DNA of 48,811 nt from Myxococcota bacterium (GTDB taxonomy: Bacteria; Myxococcota_A; UBA9160; UBA4427), in the NCBI GenBank assembly GCA_036336835.1, contig JAYZFK010000099.1, forward strand, positions 1 through 48,811. The letters run 5' to 3'. The notes under the pieces were generated by a model. That model saw only the letters and a list, made by a program, of their open reading frames with translations. It was not told the DNA's origin and made no database searches. Both the position numbers and the translations under genes were made by a program. This document shows, one piece after another, positions 18,707 through 29,600 of the stretch (within the stretch, counting starts at the first letter, position 1; each line of letters starts with the position of its first letter).

Positions 18707-19984
18707 CTAGTTGCCGTCGCGTCGTCGCTGCTGCACCTCGTCGATGTTCGGAATGTCGCCCTTGCCGTAGCCGGGCATGATCTGGTTGTACCCCTGGTAG
18801 GGGCCGATCAGATCGAGCGCCCGGGGGCTGTAGTGCTGGAGGTAGAGCGTGCGGCGGCGTCCTGGCCCGGTGGGCGGCGGCCCCGCGTGCAGGCCGCAGC
18901 CGTAGTGCACGGTGGCATCGCCCGGCTCGGTCTCGATCGCGATCAGGGGGTAGCGTTCCGGTGTGATGTCCGCGGGAACGTTGTGACAGGCCTTGCCCCA
19001 GCTCCCGGCCATGATGTGGAGCTGGGAGCTGCCCGTGTTCATGCCGTCGAGCTGGATGCCTGCGAGCACGCACGGACAGGTCGTGTGGCAGGCGCCGAAG
19101 CCGCAGTCGGTGTGATACGGCAGATTGGCGTACGCGGTCGCGGCAGCGTCGAGGTCCGCGTCCTTGATGACTGCGAGGATGCCCTCGATTCGATCCGGCA
19201 CCGGCACCAGCTGCTCCTTCGACAATGCGATGAGTTGCTTCACGCGCGGATGCTCGTACAGCCCCGCGATCGTCTCCGACAGATCGGACAGGTAGGTCAG
19301 CCGGTACGGGAAGCGACGGCCGTCGGCATCCGATGCCCACCAGGAGCGAAGCTCTCCATCTCTCGCCGCACCGCGGATGCGGTCGACCTCACTCGCCAGC
19401 TCGGCGATGAACGACGGATCGAAGGCGCGGCGCACCACCAGATAGCCGGTGGTGCGCAGAAAATGCGACATGACCTCGGGGTCGTCGTCGAGCTCGAAGC
19501 TGCGTTCGAGATCGAGCGGACGACCATCGCGGTCGCGCAAGTCGAGCGAGGCCGGATCGTAGATTGGGCGGCCTGAGTACATGCAGCGGATCGCGGGCTC
19601 CCAGTCGTCCCAGCTGTCGAAGTCGCCGCGCACGAAGCGCACGGCGTTGGAGTACAGCAGCCCGTAGCGAGTGCGAAACTCGTACAGATAGTCGAGCCAC
19701 GACTCGTGATCGACGATCTCGAGCACCGTGTCGGCGTCTCCTGCGATGCCGGGCTCGATCGCGACACGGCCGTTGCGGCAGCGGTAGCTGTACGCGCGCC
19801 CGTCGGGCAGACCGAGCGCGATCGGCGCCCTGCCCTCGACATCCCAGGCCACTTCCTGGTTGACACCACCGTCGAGTCGCGCGGGCAGCTCGTCACGATG
19901 GAAGGCATCGAAGTCGACTTCCGGCAAGCCGGCGACGCGATAGGTGCCGAAGGTGGGATCGCGGCCGACGTCCTGCAGGGCCAT
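18707..19984 (-). CDS. PhyH-family Fe(II)/2OG dioxygenase with an N-terminal SCP2-like extension
   Basis: C-terminal YHTD...GSW...PGDATVH..LHAG...RRT. The N-terminal ~130 aa resembles a sterol-carrier (SCP2) fold, which is an inference. Confidence 0.75.
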   Translation of the reverse strand: MALQDVGRDPTFGTYRVAGLPEVDFDAFHRDELPARLDGGVNQEVAWDVEGRAPIALGLPDGRAYSYRCRNGRVAIEPGIAGDADTVLEIVDHESWLDYLYEFRTRYGLLYSNAVRFVRGDFDSWDDWEPAIRCMYSGRPIYDPASLDLRDRDGRPLDLERSFELDDDPEVMSHFLRTTGYLVVRRAFDPSFIAELASEVDRIRGAARDGELRSWWASDADGRRFPYRLTYLSDLSETIAGLYEHPRVKQLIALSKEQLVPVPDRIEGILAVIKDADLDAAATAYANLPYHTDCGFGACHTTCPCVLAGIQLDGMNTGSSQLHIMAGSWGKACHNVPADITPERYPLIAIETEPGDATVHYGCGLHAGPPPTGPGRRRTLYLQHYSPRALDLIGPYQGYNQIMPGYGKGDIPNIDEVQQRRRDGN

Positions 19985-20014
19985 GCTCGAGCTTTCCTTC
20001 CGCGCCGCAGCCGG

Positions 20015-21328
20015 CTAGGCCGGGCCGCCCTGCAGCTCGCTCGGCTCGATGCCAATGTAGCGCTCGAGGTTGCGGTGGAGGTTGATGATGCGCGCCTCTT
20101 CGCTCGACACGCTCAGGTGGGTGAAGCCGGGCTGGTGGACGCCACGCTGGGCGTTGCGGAGCACGGTGACGTCCTGGTTCAGCACGAAGCCGAAGTCCGC
20201 GGTCTCCATCTCCATCTCGACGTCGACCGGCCGGCCGCGCGGCGTCCCGGGCACCTCGCGCTCGAAGGACATGCCGATCAGCTCAGCCTGGTCGGGCGTG
20301 GGCCCCGGACGCGCGCACAAGACCTGCAGGATGTCGGCGCTGATCAGCACGGTGACATTCGGGAACAGGTTGTACTGGTGGAGCTCGAGGATCTGCCGGG
20401 CGTCGAAACGCGACAGATCGATGCCCTTCTCGGTCAGCTGGTAGGCTCGAACGCGCTCAGCGATCACGTCGTGGAGCGTCTCGCCCGCCACCAGCTCCGG
20501 CGCGGGACACGACTCCTCGACCCCCATCCGACCGCCCTGGGTGACGATGAACGAATCCCACACCGCCTGATCGTCCGCGTCGCGAAGCCGCGGACTCGGT
20601 ACACCGTAACGCTGCCGCGAAACCCCGCAGTGCCCCCAGATGTGCTGCGGGGCGTCGATATCGTCGATCGAGGCGAGCATCTCGGCGTGCAGTGTCTGGA
20701 CGTGATAGGTCTCCGAGAAGCCGTCGGCCACGAGCTTCCAGTTGGCCGGCGCCCTGGTGAGCAGGGACACCGTGCAGCGAAAGCCGTCGAGCTCGAGCCA
20801 GGCGCTGTCTTCGGGCACGCCCTCGAGATAGTCCTCGAGCGGCATTGCATCCGGATCGAGGTTCACGAACACCATCGGGCCCCAGCTGTCGACCTGCACG
20901 GGCGTGAGCGCGAGCGTCTCGCGGTCCATCTCGCCGAAGCCCTTGCGCGAAGGCACCCCCTGGAGCGCTCCGCGCAGATCGTACGTCCAGCCGTGGTAGG
21001 CACAGCGCAGGTTGCGCAGTCCTTGCCCGGAGCCCGTGCACAACACGTTGCCGCGGTGCTTGCAAACGTTCTGGAACGCACGCAGTGCGCCGTCGCGACC
21101 GCGCACGATGATCACCGAGTAGCGACCGACCCGATACTCGAAGAAGTCGCCCGGCTGCGACACGTGGTCGACGCTGCAGGCGATCTGCCAGACGCGCGGC
21201 CACACGCGCTCGTGCTCGAGCTCCGCGAACTCGGGCGACGTATAGCGCGAGGCGGGGATCCGGGTCGGTGTGCCCCGCGTGCTGCCCACCGAGGTGATCG
21301 CTGTGCCAACAAGATCGTGTGCCGTCAT
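20015..21328 (-). CDS. Rieske aromatic ring-hydroxylating oxygenase alpha subunit
   Basis: NVCKHRG and CAYHGW Rieske ligands, plus the NWK...ETYHVQTLH mononuclear Fe site. ATG 21328 follows GGGAG; the alternative start is 21388. Confidence 0.92.
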   Translation of the reverse strand: MTAHDLVGTAITSVGSTRGTPTRIPASRYTSPEFAELEHERVWPRVWQIACSVDHVSQPGDFFEYRVGRYSVIIVRGRDGALRAFQNVCKHRGNVLCTGSGQGLRNLRCAYHGWTYDLRGALQGVPSRKGFGEMDRETLALTPVQVDSWGPMVFVNLDPDAMPLEDYLEGVPEDSAWLELDGFRCTVSLLTRAPANWKLVADGFSETYHVQTLHAEMLASIDDIDAPQHIWGHCGVSRQRYGVPSPRLRDADDQAVWDSFIVTQGGRMGVEESCPAPELVAGETLHDVIAERVRAYQLTEKGIDLSRFDARQILELHQYNLFPNVTVLISADILQVLCARPGPTPDQAELIGMSFEREVPGTPRGRPVDVEMEMETADFGFVLNQDVTVLRNAQRGVHQPGFTHLSVSSEEARIINLHRNLERYIGIEPSELQGGPA

Positions 21329-21392
21329 GCCCGCACTCCCGTCACCAGCAGTGGTACCGTAGAACCCGGATCCCACTCGGGATCCCATTCTA

Positions 21393-22229
21393 TCACCCGC
21401 CGGTCCGCGGCCGCGCGACGCCGCTCTCCCGCAGGAACGCGAGCACCTGGGCCCAGGGACGCGCGCAGTCGTTGTGACCGCACGGCAGACGCACGAGCTC
21501 GCTACCGGCCGCGCGCGCCAGCGCCTCGCCGTGCGCGACCGGAATCAGCTGGTCGCGCTCACCGTGGACCACCAGAATCGGAAGATCGAGCTCCCGGACG
21601 GCGGACAAGTTGTCGAACGGGTCGAGCACCAGCATCCCGGGCAGGCCAAAGCGCGGAGCCAGAGCGCGCACGCTGGTGAAGCTCGACTCGAGGATCAGCC
21701 CGGCAACCGGCCGCTCGAGCGCGAGCGCACAAGCGGCTCCGCCGCCGAGCGAACGTCCGTACGCCACCACGCGCCGCTGGTCGACGTCGCGCTGCTCGGT
21801 CAGAAAATCGTAGCCGGCGACGATCGCGCTCGTGATGCTCTGCTGCGTCGGCGAGCCACCGGAGCGGCCGTAGCCCGGATACTCGATGAGCAACACTCCG
21901 ATGCCCGCTCGCGGCAGCACCCCGAACGGCCGCAGCCAGTGATCGATCAGCTCGCCATTGCCGTGCGCAAAGATGACAGCTGGGAACGGCGCGGTGGCCT
22001 CTGCCGGACGCAGGAAGAACGCTTCCCAATCCGAGGAGGGTCCGAGCGCAACGCGGGTGGCGCCCGGCGGAAGCGGCGGTGCCGCCCCCGCCGCCGGTCG
22101 CGGATACAGCACGCGGCGTTGGAGACCGCAGGCGGCCCCGAGCGCACCGAGCACGATCAGCATCGACAGCAGGACGACGCCTAGCACGGCTTTCGTCGAC
22201 GAGCTCTGCGCTCCACCGCTTCTCCCCAC
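21393..22229 (-). CDS. Membrane-anchored alpha/beta hydrolase (ABHD17/BEM46-like)
   Basis: N-terminal TM, then HGNG, EYPGYG, GRSLG nucleophile elbow, HGERD and GHND. Confidence 0.9.
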   Translation of the reverse strand: MGRSGGAQSSSTKAVLGVVLLSMLIVLGALGAACGLQRRVLYPRPAAGAAPPLPPGATRVALGPSSDWEAFFLRPAEATAPFPAVIFAHGNGELIDHWLRPFGVLPRAGIGVLLIEYPGYGRSGGSPTQQSITSAIVAGYDFLTEQRDVDQRRVVAYGRSLGGGAACALALERPVAGLILESSFTSVRALAPRFGLPGMLVLDPFDNLSAVRELDLPILVVHGERDQLIPVAHGEALARAAGSELVRLPCGHNDCARPWAQVLAFLRESGVARPRTGG

Positions 22230-22450
22230 GTCCTCCCTCGAATGCCGTCACGCGGCGCAGACCGGCGGGCACCTCTCGACCGAGCACGAGGATCTCACGC
22301 GGGAAGCGACATCCGGCGCCTTTTTTCACTGGCCTGTTGCGACCGGGCCAATCGACCCGACGGGATCGCGGCGGCGCGGGGTCGACACCGAGGACCCGAG
22401 AGGACCGAGGCGATCCGACTCCACGTCGGGGGCCACGATATAATCGCAGC

Positions 22451-23452
22451 GTGCGAATGACGGCAGGCGGCATGAAGCGCCGCGATGCGATCGCCGGATC
22501 GCTCGCAATGGCCCTGTTGCTCGGGTGCGCGAGCATTCCCCGCTACGTACGGGGAGATCTCCGATCCCGGGGCTACGCGCCCATTCCGGCCGGTGCGTCC
22601 TGCTCGCTGCTCCCCTCCCTGGTGCCGCGTGCGGTCGACCAGGCGATCGCCGGTCAGATCGTGCGGTCACTCGAGCACGCCGGCCATCGAATGGTCGCAC
22701 CGGAGCGAGCCGACGTCCTGATCGGCTATCAGCAGTCGGGCGACGGCGTGCGACACGCGCCGACCGCGTTCGAAGCCTCGTGGTCCGAGCACCAGGCGCT
22801 CGAGTGTCCCGAGCGTTTCTCCCAGCGCCTGACGATCATTGCGACCGGCAGCGAGGAAGGCGTACCTGCTGCTGTGCTCTGGCTGGCCGAGCTGTGCAGC
22901 GATGGCGGTGGCCTCGAGTCGTCGGTCCACGCGGGCGCGTTCGCGCGTGAGCTGATGAAGAGCTTCGGAGCGAACCGCGCCGAGCGACGATTCGAGTTCC
23001 TCTTGCCGTCGAGTACCCAGGCGCGGTACGCAGCCGACCCGCCTTCGCTCGCACCAACCGCCGAACCGAAGACCCCGACGCCGAAGACGCCGGACGAGCA
23101 CCCGGCTCTCGCGCAGCCTGCTCCGATGACGACCCCGACGGCCGATCGCGCCGACGAGCTCGTCGAGCCGGGACCCACCTGGTCCGATGCGAAGGACACG
23201 TGCGCCAGTCTCGACCTGCGCCCCGACGTGGGCTGCGCGCTGGTCGTGATCGCGGCGTCCGGAACACCGGTGCTCGAGCTCGGTTATCCGACCCGCGCGG
23301 CCGCGCTCGAGCGCTGGAAGCACGATGTCGCCGAAGCGGGGGCGGTATTCTGCAGGACCGCGGCGCGACACGGCGTCTTCGAGCTGGCAACCGTGCACAT
23401 CTTCGCGCCCGATCAGCGTGCGGAGCGATCCTGCCGCGCGCTCGAGCAGTAG
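22451..23452 (+). CDS. Hypothetical two-domain lipoprotein
   Basis: Lipobox LLLGC and a Pro/Thr-rich linker between two Cys-containing domains. TATAAT lies 6 nt before the in-frame GTG 22451; alternative ATGs are 22457 and 22472. Confidence 0.65.
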   Translation: MRMTAGGMKRRDAIAGSLAMALLLGCASIPRYVRGDLRSRGYAPIPAGASCSLLPSLVPRAVDQAIAGQIVRSLEHAGHRMVAPERADVLIGYQQSGDGVRHAPTAFEASWSEHQALECPERFSQRLTIIATGSEEGVPAAVLWLAELCSDGGGLESSVHAGAFARELMKSFGANRAERRFEFLLPSSTQARYAADPPSLAPTAEPKTPTPKTPDEHPALAQPAPMTTPTADRADELVEPGPTWSDAKDTCASLDLRPDVGCALVVIAASGTPVLELGYPTRAAALERWKHDVAEAGAVFCRTAARHGVFELATVHIFAPDQRAERSCRALEQ

Positions 23453-23506
23453 GAGCCATCCGGGCCGCAGCCAGCCCTGGCGCCGCCAGCCACCAGCGCA
23501 CCCGCA

Positions 23507-24259
23507 TCAACGATACCGTCGGTAGATCCACCAGAGGTCCAGCAGCGCGCGAGGCAGGTCGCTTGCGCGGACCTTCGAGCCCGAAACGTGATGCCAGGTG
23601 TGCAGCGGCACCTCGATCAGCCCGCTCTTCGGCGTCGCATCGCCCTCGGCCCGCCGGTCGCGCAGCCAACGGGCGATCAGCTCCACGTCGAAGGTCCAGC
23701 CCGTGTGAAAAGGCTGCGCGAACAACGCTCGCGTGCGAGCGGTGACGCGCAGCACCTTGGCCCCGCACTGCGTGTCGTAGACAGCGACGCCGAGCGCCCA
23801 CGCCGCGAAAAAGGCCACCACGCGGCCGAGGTAGTGACGCGTTTCGAGCCGCTCGATCGTGCGGCCGAGCAACCGAACGCGCGAGCCGAGCGCGATCTCG
23901 AGCGCCGAGTCGCTCGACAGCCGCGCGACGAGCCGCGGCAGCTCCTCGAGCGGTGTCGACAGATCGGCGTCCCAGTAGGCAACGTATTCCGGCTCCGCCT
24001 CGAAGGCTTCCAGCACCCCGGCGCGCACAGCTCCCGCCTTGCCGACGTTGCTCGGCAACGCGAGCACGGACGCGCGATCGGGCCGATCGCCCGCGAAGGC
24101 TTCCAGCAACGCGCGTGTCTCGTCGCGGCTTCCATCGTCGACGAACAACAGTCGCAGACCTGGGTGGCGCTCGAGGGCAACACCGTAGGGCTCGAGGTCG
24201 AGCCGCGACGCTTCGTCGTAGCAGGGGACGACGAGCCAGATTCTCGCTTCGAGCTGCAC
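23507..24259 (-). CDS. Glycosyltransferase family 2 (polyprenol/dolichyl-phosphate glycosyltransferase-like)
   Basis: VVPCYDE, FVDDGSRD, NVGKAGAV, WDADLS, DTQCGAK and FDVE motifs. GTG start downstream of TAGAAT. Confidence 0.9.
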   Translation of the reverse strand: MQLEARIWLVVPCYDEASRLDLEPYGVALERHPGLRLLFVDDGSRDETRALLEAFAGDRPDRASVLALPSNVGKAGAVRAGVLEAFEAEPEYVAYWDADLSTPLEELPRLVARLSSDSALEIALGSRVRLLGRTIERLETRHYLGRVVAFFAAWALGVAVYDTQCGAKVLRVTARTRALFAQPFHTGWTFDVELIARWLRDRRAEGDATPKSGLIEVPLHTWHHVSGSKVRASDLPRALLDLWWIYRRYR

Positions 24260-24407
24260 GGCACGCGATTCTAGCCGCTGCGCGATCCCCGCGTCGGGCG
24301 GCAGCCGGTCGACGCGGCTCCTACGCTGTACCATGGCGCGCGAGCACCGGTGGCCGCGCGTCGCGCTTTCGAGTCGGCCGATCTGAGGAGGATCGACGAT
24401 CCATTCC

Positions 24408-26690
24408 ATGCCCTCCTCCCGGACGCTGCGCATTCTCTCCGTGCTGGCGCTGGCCTTTCTCGTCCTCTCCGCCGGCCTTACGCGCCTGCGCACCAACGAT
24501 CTGTTCATCCACCTCGTGACCGGGGGTCTGATCCTCGACGAGGGCCGGGTCCCGAGCGTCGACCGCTATTCCTTCACCGCGCCGGGAGCGCGCTACGTCA
24601 CTCACGAGTGGCTCGCCGCGACCTGGTACGCGCTCGGCGAGCGCACCGCCGGCCCAATCGGTGCGATCGTGGCGTCGAAGGTTCTCCCGGGCCTCGCAGT
24701 CCTGGCCGCGCTGCTCGCGGCTTTCCGCAGGACCGGAGTCGAGCCCGCGATCGGGGTCGGCGTCGCGACCGCCGCGCTCGCGGTCGCGCGCAACCGGATG
24801 ACGCAGGACCGGCCCGAGCTGATCGCGATCGCGCTGCTCCTGGCGTTGCTGTGGCTGCTGCTGCGCGATCGCGAAAGAGCGCTCGCCGGCGCCCCGGATC
24901 GAGTCGTGTTCTGGGCCGCGCCGCTGACTGCGCTGTGGGCCAACATACACGCGTCCTTCCCGCTCGGGATCGCCCTGGTTGCGGCATTCGCCCTCGCCGA
25001 CCGCATCGACGTGCTGCTCGCGGCGCGAGACCGGCGCGCGCACATCGCCGCATCGCTGGGTCTCGCAACGAGCCTGGTGGTCGCCGCTGGACTCACCGCG
25101 CTGCCGCCCGCTTCGTTCGGCCTGCCGCTCGCCGCGGCGGTCGCCGCCGCGGGTGCGCTGCTTGCGGCCGGCGCGTTCGCGCCACTGTTCGCCGCGAGCG
25201 CAGCAAGCCCCGGCCCGCGCTACGCGCTCCAGCTGCTCGGCGTGGCGGCGTCGATGCTCGCGATGATCTCGCTGAATCCGCAAGGCCCCGCGATCTACTT
25301 GTTCCCGTTCGAGTTCACGGCTGGAGTCAACACCGTGACCGAGCGCGTCGGAGAGTGGCGGCCATTGCTCGAGGCTTCGTTCCTGCACGACTCCTTCGAG
25401 CTGTCGGCCTACCTCGTCTACCTCGCCCTCGGGTCTGCAGCCCTCGCCATAGCCGCCGCGCGCGGCGTGCTCGATCGACGCGACCTCGGTGTGTTGCTGT
25501 TGTTCGGTGTGCTGCCCCTGCGCCACATCCGCTGGATGGCGTTGTTCGCGCTGCTCTCCGCGCCCGCGATCGCCGCCATGCTGTCGCGCGCCCGGAACAC
25601 TCCGCCCGCGGCCGAACCCCGTTCGCCCGCTCGTATCGCGACCGCCGGGGTGTTCGGAGCGGCTGCGCTCGCCGCGTTGCTCGGCGTCGCGTCGCGAAAC
25701 TGGCTCGGTCCGCCCGATCCGCTCTTCAGCGGCGTCCTGCTACTCAGCGTGCTCGCCGGGACGACTGCGGTCGCGTTTGCATGGGTCCGCTCCATCGAGC
25801 CGCGCGCCGCGCTCGCCGCGGTCTCGGTACTCTGCGCGCTCCTCGCGCTGCTCGGGGTGGTGCGCGGCATTCCGAGCCGGCGGGGGATCGACTACCAGCG
25901 CGGCTTCCAGTGGAGCGAGCTCGATCGCGTCGGTGGCAGCCTCGTCCCGTCGGCCGCCCCGATCGAGTTCCTGCGCGACCGCCGGATCACCGGACAGCTG
26001 CTCACCGAGTACTCGTGGGCCGGCTACGCGATCTACCAGCTGTGGCCCAGCGTGACGGTGTTCCTCGACTCGCGCAGCGAGGTGTACGGCGACGAGCTGC
26101 TCGACCTGATCCACGACATGCGCAGCAACCCGGACCTGGCGCGGCGGGCGCTCGAGCAGTACGCGGTCGATCTCGTGCTGGTCGAGTGCCGCGGCTACCC
26201 CTACCAGGATCGGCTTCGCCTGAACGCGGGGATCCTGGGCGCGGTCTCCGGCGATCCCGCCTGGGGTCTGCTCTACTTCGACGACCGCTCGGCGTTGTAC
26301 GCGCGCCGCGAGGTCGACCGCCCGGTCGAGCTGCCCGCCTTCCTCGAGGGAATCGACCCGCGCACACTGACACCCCGCACCCTCGCGCGACCGAGCCCGG
26401 AGCGCGAGGCGGTCCTGCGAGAAGCGACGGCTCGCACACCGCGAGCCTCGTTTCCGCGGTTCGCACTCGCATCGCTGCTTCACGCGCGCGGCGCCGACGA
26501 CGAAGCGCTTCGCGAGCTCGAGATCGCCTGGCGCGCGAACCCGCGTCAGCCCGCCGCGCCGGCGCTCGCCGGCCGTCTGGCCGAGGACGCCGGCGACGAC
26601 CGCGCCGCCCGCAGCTGGTACCGCCGGACGATCGAAGCCGCGCCCGCATGGAAGGCGATCGCCGTCCGGCTCGAGGCCCTCGAGCCGTGA
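24408..26690 (+). CDS. Polytopic membrane protein, putative GT-C glycosyltransferase with a C-terminal TPR-like region
   Basis: NDLFIHL..G...DRYSF...HEWL first loop, then RPE, LWANIHASF, LNPQG, EWRP and FLDSR..VY. More than 12 TM segments and an Ala-rich helical TPR-like C-terminus. Confidence 0.7.
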   Translation: MPSSRTLRILSVLALAFLVLSAGLTRLRTNDLFIHLVTGGLILDEGRVPSVDRYSFTAPGARYVTHEWLAATWYALGERTAGPIGAIVASKVLPGLAVLAALLAAFRRTGVEPAIGVGVATAALAVARNRMTQDRPELIAIALLLALLWLLLRDRERALAGAPDRVVFWAAPLTALWANIHASFPLGIALVAAFALADRIDVLLAARDRRAHIAASLGLATSLVVAAGLTALPPASFGLPLAAAVAAAGALLAAGAFAPLFAASAASPGPRYALQLLGVAASMLAMISLNPQGPAIYLFPFEFTAGVNTVTERVGEWRPLLEASFLHDSFELSAYLVYLALGSAALAIAAARGVLDRRDLGVLLLFGVLPLRHIRWMALFALLSAPAIAAMLSRARNTPPAAEPRSPARIATAGVFGAAALAALLGVASRNWLGPPDPLFSGVLLLSVLAGTTAVAFAWVRSIEPRAALAAVSVLCALLALLGVVRGIPSRRGIDYQRGFQWSELDRVGGSLVPSAAPIEFLRDRRITGQLLTEYSWAGYAIYQLWPSVTVFLDSRSEVYGDELLDLIHDMRSNPDLARRALEQYAVDLVLVECRGYPYQDRLRLNAGILGAVSGDPAWGLLYFDDRSALYARREVDRPVELPAFLEGIDPRTLTPRTLARPSPEREAVLREATARTPRASFPRFALASLLHARGADDEALRELEIAWRANPRQPAAPALAGRLAEDAGDDRAARSWYRRTIEAAPAWKAIAVRLEALEP

Positions 26691-29600
26691 GTCGAAGCGA
26701 AGCACTCATCGCGGCGGGCCTTCTGCTGGTCGGGCTCAGCGTCTACGCGCCGATCGCCTGGAACGACGCGCTTCCGATTGCACGCCACTCGGACGTGAAC
26801 TTCGCCACCCAGAACGCGCGCGGATTCATCGACGGCCTCAGCGAGGGCCGGTTCTATCCGCGGTGGCTCGCCGAGGTCAATCACGGACACGGGGCGCCGA
26901 CCTTCCTGTACTACTCGCCAGCCGCCTACTATGCCGTGGGCGCGGTGAACCTGTTGACACCGGACCTGCTGACCGCTCTGCGCGCCACCAGCGTGCTGCT
27001 GGGCCTGCTCTCGGGTGTGACGTTCCTGCTGGCGGCGCGTCGCTGGGCCTCGAACCGGGCTGCGGCCCTCGCTGCCGCACTCTACGTCGCGCTGCCCTAT
27101 CACGTCCTAGACCTGTACGAACGCTTCGCATTCGCCGAGTTCGCCGCCTTCGTCTGGTATCCACTGGTGTTTGCCTGTGCGGATCGGCTGCTCGACGGTC
27201 CGTCCCGACGCGCCTGGCTCGGATTCGCATCGAGCTATGCCGCACTCGTCCTCACCCACCTGGTGAGCGGGTTCATGCTGCCGTTCGTGCTGGTCCCCTA
27301 CCTCGGGTTCCGCGTGGTGCAGGAGCGCTGCTGGCTCCGCGTCGTCCCGCTTGCGACGGCCGCCGCGCTGGGGCTCGCCTGCTGCACCGTATTGCTGCTG
27401 CCGGTGGTCTTCGAGCGTGGCTTGATCCAGTTCGAGCACGCGACCGAGATGGGGCGCTTCAACTGGAAGCGCAACCTGCTGTTTCGCGACGAGGTCGCGG
27501 CGGGCTACAGCCGGGCAACCGTGAAGCCGGTGGTCGAGCGCGCCGCAGTGGGCCAGGCGGTGCTGGCACTCGGTGCGGTGGGCACGCTCGCCTGGCGAAG
27601 ACGCCGCCGCGCCGGCGCCGGCTCGGACGCAATCCGCGACCGCAGCACGACGCTCGCCTGGATCGCCACCGCGGCCTGGACCTTCGCCCTCCAGACCGCG
27701 GCGACCTGGCCGGTCTGGGCCATCGTGCCCGAGCTCGAAACCGTGCAGTTCCCCTGGCGATTCGGCGGCTTCCAGGCCCTCGCCGGCGCCGTCCTGGTGG
27801 CGCGCGCCCTCACGCCAGCCGAGCGCACCGGGTCGGCATGGCCGGAGCTCCCGGGACTGCCGTGTGCACTCGGTGCGCTGTTCGCACTGTGGATCGCAGT
27901 GGGGATGGCCGCGAACGCGCAGTTCCTCTTCGACCACGAACAGGCGGATGCAGCGAATGCCCGCGGCAACCCCTCCTACTGGGTGATTCCTCGGGGCATC
28001 GCGGATCGACTCGCAATCGCCGACGAGGCGCCCCGACTGGCGCCGCACGCCCAGCTCCAGGCGGAGGGAACGATCGAGATCGGCGAGTGGCGTCCCCACG
28101 AGCGCCGTCTCGTCTACCAGTCCACCGCGGACGGCGCCCTGCGGATCCGCACCTTTGCATTCCCAGGCTGGGTGGCGGAGATCGACGGGAAGCCCATCGC
28201 AATCGAGGCGGCGGGACGCTGGGGCAGCATCCAGATCCAGGCGCCGGCGGGTCGACACGAAGTCCGCATCGCATTCGACGAGACACCGATCCGACGCATC
28301 GGCGCGATCACATCGGCCCTCGCCGTCGCGTCGCTGCTGATCGCGGCCGCGTGGGGGAGAGGGCGTCCGACGGGGCGCCGACTCATGTCGTCGTCGTTGC
28401 TGCTGGCCGCGCTCGGCTGCGGCACACCCGAGCTTCCGACGGCACGCAACCTGGTCGTCCTGACCCTCGACACCGTGCGTCGCGACCACTTGTCGGTCTA
28501 CGGGTACACGCAGCCGACCACGCCTCGGCTCGAGGCGTTCGCAGACGAATCGGTCGTGTTCTGGAACGCGATCGCACAGGACACCAACACCAATCCCTCA
28601 CACGCGTCGATGTTCACCGGCCAGTACCCCCACGTTCACGGCAATCGGGCAAATGGACAGATCCTGCGGCCCGGCGTCGCGACACTCGCGAGCATCCTGC
28701 GCGATGAGGGCTTCACCACCGCGGGCTTCATCAGCAGCGCGGTGCTGGAGTCCGCGGGCTCGGGGCTCGACCGCGGCTTCGAGGTCTACGACGACGCGTT
28801 CCCCGGGCGCCGGCGCACCGGCGCCCATACCGTGGAACGCGCACGCCGCTGGCTGGCCGCCCAGCCCGACGAGGGGCGGCATCTGCTGTTCGTCCACCTG
28901 TACGACGCCCACGGTCCCTATCGACCGCCGGCGGTCCACGCCCAGCGCTTCCGGTCGCCATCGGTGCAGGAACGGCTGCCGCGGGTCCCCCGACACATGA
29001 GGTTGGTCGACGAGCACGACCGGCCGTTCTCGCGACTCGGCCAGTACGTGGACCAGTACGACGCCACGCTCCGCCACCTCGACGACCTGTTCGAGCAACT
29101 GCGCCGCGCGATCGATCTCGAAGACACCGCCGTGATCGTGCTGGCCGATCACGGCGAGACCCTCGGCGAGCGCTACCACGGACTCGATCACGGCGGACAG
29201 GTCTTCGACGAGCAGATTCGCATTCCCCTGCTCGTCTACGCGCCCCGTCTGGCGCCTCGCCGCGTCGATGAGCTGGTCCAGACCGTCGACCTGCTGCCGA
29301 CCGCGCTCGACCTGCTGGGCATCGCACCGCCGGCCGCTCACTCGATCCAGGGTCACAGCCTCGCTCCGCTGCTCCTGGGCGACGAGGCCCGCGGTGCCCC
29401 CGCGCCCGCCTTCTCGGCGGCACGCGCCGTCGCGGCGCGCCACGGCGATCGCGGCTACGTGCTCGACCGCAGCCGGCGCATCCAGTCGGTCCGCTCCCAG
29501 AACTGGAAGCTGATCCGTTACCCCGGAGCCCAGGACGACTACCTCGAGCTCTACGACCTGAAGGCGGACCCAGGCGAGAAGCACGACCTCGCCGCGCACG

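Noticed and set aside
21367..21390. 12-bp near-tandem repeat (cggatcccactc/gggatcccattc) upstream of the Rieske gene
   Set aside because: It has only two imperfect copies and is too short to distinguish from chance or ordinary promoter sequence.
24350..26686. N-terminal ~780 aa of the 1791-aa computed ORF
   Set aside because: This is Arg/Ala/Pro-rich off-frame sequence overlapping the real 24408-26690 gene. The real CDS starts at GTG 26687.
26687..28380. 6-pyruvoyl-tetrahydropterin synthase activity
   Set aside because: The 'PTPS-related' family name is historical. The sequence is a polytopic GT-C-like membrane protein with no T-fold motifs.
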